From an uncultured Bacteroidota bacterium (GTDB lineage Bacteria; Bacteroidota; Ignavibacteria; Kryptoniales; JAKASW01): a stretch of 64,000 nucleotides of DNA. This document shows, in pieces, positions 28,024 through 35,342 of this stretch. Numbering within the stretch: the stretch's first letter is position 1; each line of letters begins with the position of its first letter. Made by a program: the position numbers and the translations under genes. The stretch spans positions 1,090,252-1,154,251 of the forward strand of contig CAWEES010000002.1 in assembly GCA_963808245.1 (NCBI GenBank), written 5' to 3'. The notes beneath the pieces are model-generated. The model was not told the DNA's origin, made no database searches, and saw nothing but the letters and a program-made list of their open reading frames with translations.

Positions 28024-28075
28024 TTTGATGAATCGTTAATGGCTTGCGGAGGCCGCAAGGCCCCCGCAAGTGGAT

Positions 28076-28119
28076 CTCGGCTGTTGCGGGAGGAGAGCTC
28101 CCTTTGACCAATCGGATGG
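28076..28119 (+). repeat. intergenic repeat family 2, copy 1
   Basis: CTCGGCTGTTGCGGGAGGAGAGCTCCCTTTGACCAATCGGATGG closely matches 29672..29717. Confidence 0.7.
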
Positions 28120-28294
28120 AGTTGGAAGGCGTGATTAAAAAGGAGATAAAACACATATATGTTTGACTAACTAGTAGGTATGCGCAACCCTGCCGATCGT
28201 GGTACGTCGGTATTAGCAATCACTTCGAGCAGAATTGCACATCTTTACAATGATTAAACTCAACCTATAACGAACTAACAAAATGGAGGCGTCA

Positions 28295-29635
28295 ATGAAA
28301 ACTTTCAGCGAAACACGCAGGATAATCCTCATGGCTTTTGTTCTCATGTCACTTGCGGGACTATCCATAGTCTATCTTTCATCATGTAATCAATCAAAGT
28401 TCAGCCAGCCGATTTCTCCGACTTCAGCTATAACGAATTCTGATTCAAGTGGAGTCGTGATAGGAAAAGGCAAAGGAGTTGGAAGGAAAGACAGCGTTTC
28501 TTCGCTTGTCAAGCCGAATGTTCCCCAGCCGGGAAGTTGTCCTGGGTATAAGGAAGGAAGCCAATACGTCGCGAATTATTATCAATTCACCGGCGTTTAT
28601 CTACCAGAGGATACTCATAAAGGGAAGTACCTTATGCTAGTGGGTGGTCAAGATTTTGTCAATATGGGCGGGTACGACCTTGGCACACTTCATGACAAGT
28701 ATTGTTTTCGGAGGGCAGTGATCGGAGCTAGTGAGGTAGCGACATATATATATAAGGGATTCATCAAGACACAACTTCTTATATCCATCGGGTCCCATAA
28801 CGATGGAGTTTATAATATGGTCTCCAATTGGCAAGATATTGTAAATGATCCACAGTATAACAATGGTCAAGTCCTCGGTTTTTGGATGGATGAGCCATCT
28901 GGTCTAATTAAAGGTGCCTCGATGTACAACATCGACAGTATTATCCATGCTGCTGGCGGTAAGCTTTGGCTTGAGGATTATGATACGGGGCCCATTCCAT
29001 CCGTGCCTTATTTTGCAGCGCATAATTACCATCTTGCAGATGTTCCCATGCTCGACAATGCTGATTATGTCTCTTGCAATGGAAACACATCAATATGGGT
29101 AAATGGATGCATGGGGACTGGGACTTACTTGACTGACGATTACAATGAATTTCAGTATTGGTTTGGAAACAGATTTAATACGTTGGAATGCCAGCCAACT
29201 GATCCATCTGGTGCGCTTCGAAATGACGCTACTATGTACAATTGGTTAACGAGTTATTCGAGTGTCAACAATTTCGCACTTTATATCGGTAATAACATCA
29301 CATTTGTTTCTGGTGACCTTATACCCTATGTAGATAATAGTAACGTGACGGCACGGGAGAATGCACTCGCTAATTTCATGAACGACGCAAATTACGCTGG
29401 TTTCTTAGGTCATCAATATCAAATTTATTATTACACTTATGCCTGCCAGACGAGTTGTGTAAATTTTGTGCCGCCGAGTGGTGTAAGTTCAGGTGCTGGC
29501 AGTCCGGTATATTATGGCGTATGGACGAACAACACTTATTATATGGGTCCCGTTAGTGCAAGCACACCGAATGCGGTTGCGTGCTGGATACTTCAAACAA
29601 CGGCACCTACTAGTCAAACCGTCGATGTTTATTAA
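28295..29635 (+). CDS. hypothetical lipoprotein (446 aa)
   Basis: ATG lies 5 nt after GGAGG. The lipoprotein signal is MKTFSETRRIILMAFVLMSLAGLSIVYLSSC. The mature part is Cys-, Tyr- and Asn-rich with no motif I recognise. Confidence 0.65.
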   Translation: MKTFSETRRIILMAFVLMSLAGLSIVYLSSCNQSKFSQPISPTSAITNSDSSGVVIGKGKGVGRKDSVSSLVKPNVPQPGSCPGYKEGSQYVANYYQFTGVYLPEDTHKGKYLMLVGGQDFVNMGGYDLGTLHDKYCFRRAVIGASEVATYIYKGFIKTQLLISIGSHNDGVYNMVSNWQDIVNDPQYNNGQVLGFWMDEPSGLIKGASMYNIDSIIHAAGGKLWLEDYDTGPIPSVPYFAAHNYHLADVPMLDNADYVSCNGNTSIWVNGCMGTGTYLTDDYNEFQYWFGNRFNTLECQPTDPSGALRNDATMYNWLTSYSSVNNFALYIGNNITFVSGDLIPYVDNSNVTARENALANFMNDANYAGFLGHQYQIYYYTYACQTSCVNFVPPSGVSSGAGSPVYYGVWTNNTYYMGPVSASTPNAVACWILQTTAPTSQTVDVY

Positions 29636-29671
29636 TATGAGGTTGCCATAAAACACAAACTCACTATTATG

Positions 29672-29717
29672 CTCGGTTGTTGCGGGAGCAGAGCTCCCTT
29701 TGAACAATTGGAGATGG
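29672..29717 (+). repeat. intergenic repeat family 2, copy 2
   Basis: CTCGGTTGTTGCGGGAGCAGAGCTCCCTTTGAACAATTGGAGATGG contains the hairpin GGGAGC-aga-GCTCCC nested inside TTGTT...AACAA. Confidence 0.7.
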
Positions 29718-29887
29718 TACTGACGAAGTATAGTCAGGAAAGCACGATGAAGAACTTTATTTTTTCTTTTGCCGGGTATTTTAAAGATAGAAGCTAGACA
29801 GGTCATTGCAATTTGGACAACGGCCCTTGGATATCGGGCATCCTGAAAGAGCTGTCTTAATACAATTATGAACAATGGAGGTGTGCC

Positions 29888-30775
29888 TTGAAGTCAATGC
29901 CGGTTATGAAAACTCTAATCCTCGTCTCGTTCTTCCTTGCATGCCCGAGTGTAAAGGCTCAGGTCGATACAGCTTACCAGTTGGGCTACTTTCCTCTAGG
30001 CGACCACGACTTATGGGAGTACTCGACAGAATCTTCCGACGAATCCAGTGGGAATAGCCATGGCGGCTACAGTGTTGAGGTCGTTGGTGACACCGCGTTG
30101 CCCGACGGTTATATTTACAAGAATGTGGTCCGCCGCGATGCATACACTCTACAATATCTTGGTACTACATGCGAGAGGATCGATTCGTCCACGGGGACAG
30201 TCTATCAGTATTCAAGCAGCTGGCTCAACCTCTTCGGTGCCGGAGGCGTTGTCCAATTTCCAGGATACTCGTTGGTTACGAATGGTACTCAGGTGGAGTT
30301 GGGGGTCGAGACACAAGTCCAGATGGTCCAGAAGGTCTTAGGATATATGAACGCCAGCGACTACTGGATCGCACAAGGTTTTGGAATAGTACTAGATGCT
30401 GAAACATCTCCGTCCAGTTACTACCAAGAGGCGCTAGTATACTGCAAAATAGATGGAGTCTCCTATGGAGACTCTTTGAGGACGTCTTTGAGGACGGCAC
30501 CTCCTTTACCGACAGAGTACGCCCTCTATCAGAACTACCCTAACCCGTTTAATCCTTCAACAACGATCAGTTACCAAATACTAACCGGTAGTCAGGTAAT
30601 CTTGAAGGTCTTTGATGTTCTCGGAAGAGAGGTTCGGACGTTGGTTAACCAGCAACAACAGGCAGGCTCCTACGCCGTCAAATTGAACGGGGCCAATTTA
30701 CCAAGCGGAGTATATTTTTGCAGGCTTGAAGCTGGAACGTACCATGATGTCAAGAAAATGTTGTTACTTAAATGA
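29888..30775 (+). CDS. secreted hypothetical protein with a T9SS type A C-terminal sorting domain
   Basis: Signal peptide ...LILVSFFLACPSVKAQ and C-terminus YALYQNYPNPFNPSTTISYQI...GVYFCRLEAGTYHDVKKMLLLK. The TTG start lies 7 nt after GGAGGT; alternative ATGs are at 29897 and 29906. Confidence 0.75.
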   Translation: MKSMPVMKTLILVSFFLACPSVKAQVDTAYQLGYFPLGDHDLWEYSTESSDESSGNSHGGYSVEVVGDTALPDGYIYKNVVRRDAYTLQYLGTTCERIDSSTGTVYQYSSSWLNLFGAGGVVQFPGYSLVTNGTQVELGVETQVQMVQKVLGYMNASDYWIAQGFGIVLDAETSPSSYYQEALVYCKIDGVSYGDSLRTSLRTAPPLPTEYALYQNYPNPFNPSTTISYQILTGSQVILKVFDVLGREVRTLVNQQQQAGSYAVKLNGANLPSGVYFCRLEAGTYHDVKKMLLLK

Positions 30776-30791
30776 TAACGAAGGCAACTGC

Positions 30792-30946
30792 AACTAACAC
30801 GCGGCAAAAGGACGCTTCCCGACTTGAAGCATGTCGGGACGGGCTATCCCTGAACAAGAAAATATCAGGGCAAGCATGGATCTCCTATGGCGCGCACATA
30901 ATGAAGGAAGGAGGGCGGCGCGACTTTGTCCGGAGGTACGTTAGCC
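30792..30946 (+). repeat. intergenic repeat family 1, copy E (attC-like imperfect inverted repeat, candidate)
   Basis: The element starts aaCTAACACGCGGCAAAAGGACGC and ends GCGACTTTGTCCGGAGGTACGTTAGCC. CTAAC 30794-98 pairs with GTTAG 30940-44. CAAA 30805-08 pairs with TTTG 30825-28. CGC 30813-15 pairs with GCG 30920-22. Confidence 0.4.
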
Positions 30947-31038
30947 GCAAGCAACCAAAAGATCAATTTCCACTGCGTGACTTAGCAGTGATCTGTAAGC
31001 GACGTGTCAAAAAACACTTTACAACAATGAGGAAATAA

Positions 31039-31857
31039 ATGCAGAAAATAAATGAAATAAGACTCGGAAGTGTTCAAGAAACATTATTCCTTCCATTGTG
31101 GGGAAGAGCGGTTGAGACTCAAAAGAAAAAGCCTCTCCTGATAGACAACACGGCAGTTTCAATAATAAACAGCATTCCGTATGATTTTACTCTAATTTCT
31201 AAGAACATTAATAAGATTGTTCGGGCGGGATGGATTGCGCGAAGCATATTCTTCGATAAAAAAATCAAGGCATTCATTGCCACATATCCTGAAGCGACAG
31301 TTGTCAACATTGGTTGCGGACTTGATACTACATTTGACCGTGTCGATAACGGGCAAATACAGTGGATAGACTTGGACTTACCTGATACAATCGACTTGAG
31401 AAAGAAATACATATCTGAATCAGAACGACGGTACGTTCTTCCTAAATCAGTTTTTGATCAAAGTTGGTACGAAAGGATTGAAAATAAAGATAAGGTCATG
31501 CTTATGATAGGAGGAGTACTCTGCTACTTTAGTGAATCTGATGTGAAGCGACTCTTTAATGACTTTCATACTTTTATTCCGGGAGTAGATGTTGTCTTTG
31601 ACTATTTGTCAAGCTTTGGTGTGAAGGTTTCCAACAAAAGGATAATTGAAAATGGAGGAATGGATAAATCGGCATATTTGAGATGGAGTATCGATGATAT
31701 TGTGGAAATTGAAGGATGGGACAGCAACATAGAAGTAATAAGCTACATGCCACTGTACAAAGAGCATAAGAAGAATTTTCCAATGCTAAAGAGATTCGGA
31801 ATGAATATCGCCGACATATTAAAACCAGTTTCATTAGCTCATGTAAGAATAAGTTGA
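31039..31857 (+). CDS. class I SAM-dependent O-methyltransferase (TcmP / leucine carboxyl methyltransferase-like, COG3315-type)
   Basis: N-terminal VQETLFLPLWGRAVE motif and the SAM-binding VVNIGCGLDTTFDRV...WIDLDLPD. Confidence 0.7.
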   Translation: MQKINEIRLGSVQETLFLPLWGRAVETQKKKPLLIDNTAVSIINSIPYDFTLISKNINKIVRAGWIARSIFFDKKIKAFIATYPEATVVNIGCGLDTTFDRVDNGQIQWIDLDLPDTIDLRKKYISESERRYVLPKSVFDQSWYERIENKDKVMLMIGGVLCYFSESDVKRLFNDFHTFIPGVDVVFDYLSSFGVKVSNKRIIENGGMDKSAYLRWSIDDIVEIEGWDSNIEVISYMPLYKEHKKNFPMLKRFGMNIADILKPVSLAHVRIS

Positions 31858-31934
31858 GAAGACAAATTCGGAATTATGGAACATGAAAAGTATCTGTCGC
31901 CTATCAAGCGACCAAAGCTGTCGATAGAGCATTT

Positions 31935-32078
31935 GGCTGAGCGACATGGTTGCTTTCAATATAGGAAGCCGCATCACGACGCTTGCCGATTAGAAGCATA
32001 TGGAGACAGGCTATTTGAGGAGCGCGGCACGAAGCACGCGGAGCGCGTGGGAGCCGTGATTCCCGCAAGACGTTTGCC
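31935..32078 (+). repeat. intergenic repeat family 1, copy F (degenerate)
   Basis: Collinear with copy G: GCATTTGGCTGAGCGAC aligns with GCATTGGCTAACAGCCGG, and CACGCGGAGCGCGTGGGAGCCGTGAT aligns with CACGCGAAACGCGCGGGAGCCGTGGAT. The terminal boxes are decayed (GGCTGAG / GTTTGCC). Confidence 0.35.
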
Positions 32079-32150
32079 AAAACGCGCACGAAAGGTCATT
32101 GCAGTTGCATTCTTTGTTGGTAATATTATACCAGGACAGGAGGTTCTGAC

Positions 32151-32528
32151 ATGAACGCTTGGAAGATGCAGTCGTTTATGATTCTGGTTTTCGTATGCAC
32201 GGGATGCAGTCGTGAATCGACCTCACCAACTAGTCCAACCTCAAATACATCGACTATTGAGGGAACTGTGGTTTATTTTGAAGGGGGTGGGACAGTCGAA
32301 ATGCCATACCCAGCTGGCTTCATTCTGACAAATTATCAATGGATCACATCGCCCCCAGACTCTTCTTATGGGAGGATATATTTGCTAGGAAAAGTAGATA
32401 CGTCTTTCATCAACAAGCGTGTCCATGTTGTAGGAACGGCTTCGATAGAACACTTGACAGGGAGTCCCCCTTCGTACCAGTATGCATGCATTCGCATCCT
32501 TGTTGATACATTGAAGATCATCCAGTGA
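32151..32528 (+). CDS. small hypothetical lipoprotein (125 aa)
   Basis: Lipobox in MQSFMILVFVCTGCSRE, followed by a Ser/Thr/Pro linker. Confidence 0.6.
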   Translation: MNAWKMQSFMILVFVCTGCSRESTSPTSPTSNTSTIEGTVVYFEGGGTVEMPYPAGFILTNYQWITSPPDSSYGRIYLLGKVDTSFINKRVHVVGTASIEHLTGSPPSYQYACIRILVDTLKIIQ

Positions 32529-32570
32529 AATGGCCAACGCCCTTGGAAAATTCGTAATGGCGCCCGCATT

Positions 32571-32708
32571 GGCTAACAGCCGGAAAGAAGACGTTCGTCA
32601 AGAATAATAATATAAAGTTCACTTCACGCCGCGCACATGGGAAGAACCACGCGAAACGCGCGGGAGCCGTGGATGCGCGGCGCGAGATCTTTCAAGAGGA
32701 TGTTAGGC
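32571..32708 (+). repeat. intergenic repeat family 1, copy G (best attC-like candidate)
   Basis: GGCTAAC (32571-77) and GTTAGGC (32702-08) form the ends. CTAACA 32573-78 pairs with TGTTAG 32701-06. An unpaired spacer of 5 versus 8 nt follows. AAAGA 32584-88 then pairs with TCTTT 32688-92. Confidence 0.45.
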
Positions 32709-32749
32709 GTCACTTGCGCAAAGGTTGGCAATATGAAAGGTGATTTCAA

Positions 32750-33109
32750 ATGGAATTGAATCAATTCCGTTTACTCGCAACAATATTTATCACCCTGCTT
32801 CCAATTTTTTCTTCAATTGCTGTTGCTCAGGAACCGAAGCAGATTCTGCTTCAAAGAAACATGGCGACTGGAAAGGACTCAGTGGTTCAGTCATTTGAGA
32901 CTCCTAACGTGCAATATGACACCATGAAAGCGGAGACAAATTGGTCCAGAATCCGAAAGGACCTCACTGAAACGGAAGTTACAAAGCTCCTCGGCTCCCC
33001 AAGCAGGCATAGGTTTGATTATGAAAACGCTTTAGACTACTGGTTCTATGCCCAAAGAGCCGTAGTGTTCAGTACGATAGACAAAAAGGTTTGGCTTTGG
33101 GACAAGTAG
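32750..33109 (+). CDS. small secreted hypothetical protein (119 aa)
   Basis: Signal peptide LLATIFITLLPIFSSIAVAQE. The C-terminal half is vaguely BamE/SmpA-like (TEVTKLLGSPS...YWFY), which is weak evidence. Confidence 0.55.
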   Translation: MELNQFRLLATIFITLLPIFSSIAVAQEPKQILLQRNMATGKDSVVQSFETPNVQYDTMKAETNWSRIRKDLTETEVTKLLGSPSRHRFDYENALDYWFYAQRAVVFSTIDKKVWLWDK

Positions 33110-33125
33110 TTCACGTGCAAGCGGC

Positions 33126-33160
33126 GGCTAACATGCGGATAAAGACGCATCGGCGCAGCT
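33126..33160 (+). repeat. intergenic repeat family 1, copy H (5' arm only)
   Basis: GGCTAACATGCGGATAAAGACGCATCGG matches the 5' arm of copies E and G. No GTTAG box occurs before the next start at 33184. Confidence 0.35.
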
Positions 33161-33183
33161 CACAATCATCGAAAGGAAATAAA

Positions 33184-33786
33184 ATGAAATCAATTCTATT
33201 CTCTTTTCTACTCAGCTTTCTGGTATTCACGTTTTCATCTTGCTCGAAAAGTAATCCGGCCGGTCCATCTGGCAGTCAGCAAATCCTTCCGCTCAAGTTG
33301 GGAAATACATGGTTGATACGGTATGCAATTTATGATACCACAGGAGCGACACGGGGGATGATTTATGACTCTGTCACGGTCACTACAGATACAGTCGTTT
33401 CCGGCGTTACGTGGTATCATGTATTCAGCCAGACCATCGACGGCTTTTTCGCAAATAAATCGGATGGACTCTGGGGACTTGGTTCTTCAGCGGGAGGATT
33501 TGTAGTTTTCAAGTACCCTGCAAATGCTGGGGATACCTGGAATGTTCCGATGGAAACTTATACAACTTATCAGGTTACCCTTCAATCGAACAGTGCCCCG
33601 GTAACCGTTCCGAAGGGTACCTATACTTGCTATGACTATCGAATGCTTCTTAACTCTCAGCCCGGGTTGGAAGTTTATCTATGTTCGGGGGTGGGTTTCG
33701 TGGCGATGAATATCTATTCGATCACGAACTCAGGTCGGTCGTATAAACAAGCCTACGGAGAACTTACTTCTATCACTCTCAAGTAG
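33184..33786 (+). CDS. hypothetical lipoprotein (200 aa)
   Basis: MKSILFSFLLSFLVFTFSSC lipobox. I chose the internal ATG of ORF 33091..33786, which is preceded by GAAAGGAAA. Confidence 0.65.
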   Translation: MKSILFSFLLSFLVFTFSSCSKSNPAGPSGSQQILPLKLGNTWLIRYAIYDTTGATRGMIYDSVTVTTDTVVSGVTWYHVFSQTIDGFFANKSDGLWGLGSSAGGFVVFKYPANAGDTWNVPMETYTTYQVTLQSNSAPVTVPKGTYTCYDYRMLLNSQPGLEVYLCSGVGFVAMNIYSITNSGRSYKQAYGELTSITLK

Positions 33787-33814
33787 TTCGGACTTAGATC
33801 ATGTGCGTCGCATC

Positions 33815-33892
33815 AGCTAACGGCGTGCATTGTAACCGTGCTTGCTATGCGAACTTTGCGGTTCGGGAGCGGAATCCCCCTGGAGTTATTAG
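33815..33892 (+). repeat. intergenic repeat family 1, copy I (short, diverged; last copy)
   Basis: AGCTAACGGCGTGC...GGTTCGGGAGCGGAATCCCC...GGAGTTATTAG is collinear with copy G but shorter. Confidence 0.25.
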
Positions 33893-33949
33893 TACATCCG
33901 ATCAATCTTCGGATGAAACGATGAGAACTCCTCCTCGGATATTTTCTTA

Positions 33950-33979
33950 AAATAATTGAGGGGGAGTTTCCTCCCCTTC
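33950..33979 (-). terminator. terminator-like hairpin after the NifX-like gene
   Basis: GGGGAG (33961-66) pairs with CTCCCC (33971-76), with flanking A:T, G:U and G:C pairs. On the minus strand it is followed by CAATTATTTTAAG. Confidence 0.45.
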
Positions 33980-33997
33980 TACGCCGTTTCGGTTTGT

Positions 33998-34375
33998 TTA
34001 TGTTTGATGGTGGCCGTGGTGCTCGCCACGTTCATGATGGCGGTGAGCGGTCGGGCCGTTTGTCACGGGAAGTTTCCCTTCCGAAGCAAGTTTCACCGCT
34101 TCGCTAACGGGGATTCCTGAAATTACGCACACCTCGACTTTAAATTTATCAACAACCTGATATGCATGAGGCCCGATCCCTCCGCAAATCATCTTCTTCA
34201 TTCCATCCTTTGCGCTGTCGTGTATCACCATGTGAGGATCGAGCGAACCGTCGTTAGCCTTCGCGGTCAAGGATTTTGTTTCGTCGTCGTAGATCAAAAA
34301 GAACGGCGCCTTTCCAAAATGTCCGCTCACGCTGCTCTCAAGAGAATTTCCCTCCGATGCGATTAAGTATTTCAT
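33998..34375 (-). CDS. NifB/NifX-family (dinitrogenase Fe-Mo cofactor-binding fold) protein with a His-rich tail
   Basis: GHFGKAPFFLIYD...ICGGIGPHAYQVV is typical of PF02579-type proteins. The C-terminus is HRHHERGEHHGHHQT. Confidence 0.75.
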   Translation of the reverse strand: MKYLIASEGNSLESSVSGHFGKAPFFLIYDDETKSLTAKANDGSLDPHMVIHDSAKDGMKKMICGGIGPHAYQVVDKFKVEVCVISGIPVSEAVKLASEGKLPVTNGPTAHRHHERGEHHGHHQT

Positions 34376-34470
34376 CTTACCCTTTCCTGACTTTTTATTC
34401 GTTTTATTACGATTGATGCCGAGTACATTAATACACCGGCGACTATTAATACAGCCTTCCAGATTTCCAT
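34372..34470 (-). CDS. possible 32-aa single-TM micro-protein
   Basis: MEIWKAVLIVAGVLMYSASIVIKRIKSQERVR. Its TGA overlaps the ATG of the NifX-like gene (ATGA coupling). It is below the ORF-track cutoff. Confidence 0.3.
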   Translation of the reverse strand: MEIWKAVLIVAGVLMYSASIVIKRIKSQERVR

Positions 34471-34482
34471 GTTATCAATTCT

Positions 34483-34947
34483 CTAATAAGTTCTGAAGAG
34501 AGGCCTTGATGCCGGCGAGAACGGCCACGGGATATTTAAAAGAATAATTATCAACGCGATCACGTAGAAGATGTCGACTCTCGCGAACTTTTTGTAATCC
34601 TCTGTCGCCTTCTTAGACCTCGCTCCTCCGGTCTCGATCAAGGCAATCGCGATAATCATTCCGACGGGGTGCATCCAGCCGAACATTGCCACCTGCGGTA
34701 TGCCTGAGGCTTCCCTGATGTTCGAGATGAAGTATCTCGTTATTGGACTCACGACGTAAAGGAGTATTCCGACTCCCGTCTCTATTCGTACTGCTAACGA
34801 GGCGAGAGTCCGCGACAAGCCGTCAACTTTCCTAAATTCACCGGCGGCAATCCATCCCTTGAAGGCTCTGTAAATTGCAAAAACAAGTGTGATTAAAACG
34901 AGCCACCTGATCCATGAATGCGCGATTAGAACTATCTGGTAAAACAT
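34483..34947 (-). CDS. conserved 4-TM membrane protein (often annotated cytochrome b-like)
   Basis: The 154-aa ORF starts MFYQIVLIAHSWIRWLVLITLVFAIYRAFKGW, and it lies in the ECF sigma operon. Confidence 0.5.
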   Translation of the reverse strand: MFYQIVLIAHSWIRWLVLITLVFAIYRAFKGWIAAGEFRKVDGLSRTLASLAVRIETGVGILLYVVSPITRYFISNIREASGIPQVAMFGWMHPVGMIIAIALIETGGARSKKATEDYKKFARVDIFYVIALIIILLNIPWPFSPASRPLFRTY

Positions 34948-35015
34948 TGTGCTCTCTCCTTCACATCAGGACCGATACCGGCCCGGAGATTTCTCCGGAC
35001 CGGCATGGTAATTAA

Positions 35016-35342
35016 CTATGACGGCCTTTGTTCATCGGAAGGGTTCTCGTGGCCTTCTTCCTCTTCATGCCACTTCTTCCAGCGTTCCCAGTGGCGCGGA
35101 TGTCCGTAAAATGGCCTCGGTCTCCCGTGAAACCCGCCGAACAACATCTTCGAGAGTATCAGCAAACCGACCGCCTGCCAGAATGTTATGACCTTTATCC
35201 CGAATATTACCGGGAGCAGTAAGTTCCAGAGCGTCATTAGAACAAAACTCCCGACAGCTAGAAACAATAACACGAACGGCAACCCGAAGAGAAACCACCA
35301 TGGTTTTCTCGGCCCATGCCAGTGTCCATACCTGCTACACAT
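35016..35342 (-). CDS. small membrane protein, possible anti-sigma partner
   Basis: 108 aa with 2 TM segments and a charged W/H/E-rich tail. The start overlaps the sigma factor stop by 8 nt. Confidence 0.5.
   Translation of the reverse strand: MCSRYGHWHGPRKPWWFLFGLPFVLLFLAVGSFVLMTLWNLLLPVIFGIKVITFWQAVGLLILSKMLFGGFHGRPRPFYGHPRHWERWKKWHEEEEGHENPSDEQRPS

Noticed and set aside
28076-29717. Repeat family 2 as attC sites
   Set aside because: The arms read TTGTT...AACAA (GTT first, AAC last). That is the opposite order to attC R''(..AAC)...R'(GTT..). No GTTRRRY core is present.
29715-29745. CTGACGA...GAAA resembling a hammerhead ribozyme core next to repeat family 2
   Set aside because: The intervening sequence does not form a stem II. 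CTGAC-gaagtata-GTCAG is simply a 5-bp hairpin, and no stem I/III partners or cleavage-site context are present.
30772-31038. 88-aa ORF spanning repeat copy E
   Set aside because: It lies entirely over the GC-rich intergenic repeat. It is Arg/Lys-rich and low-complexity with no RBS, and it is probably a by-product of the repeat.
31876-32154. 92-aa ORF (and antisense 31904..32089) spanning repeat copy F
   Set aside because: The reasoning is the same as for copy E. The homologous repeat copy G has no open frame, so coding capacity is not conserved among copies.
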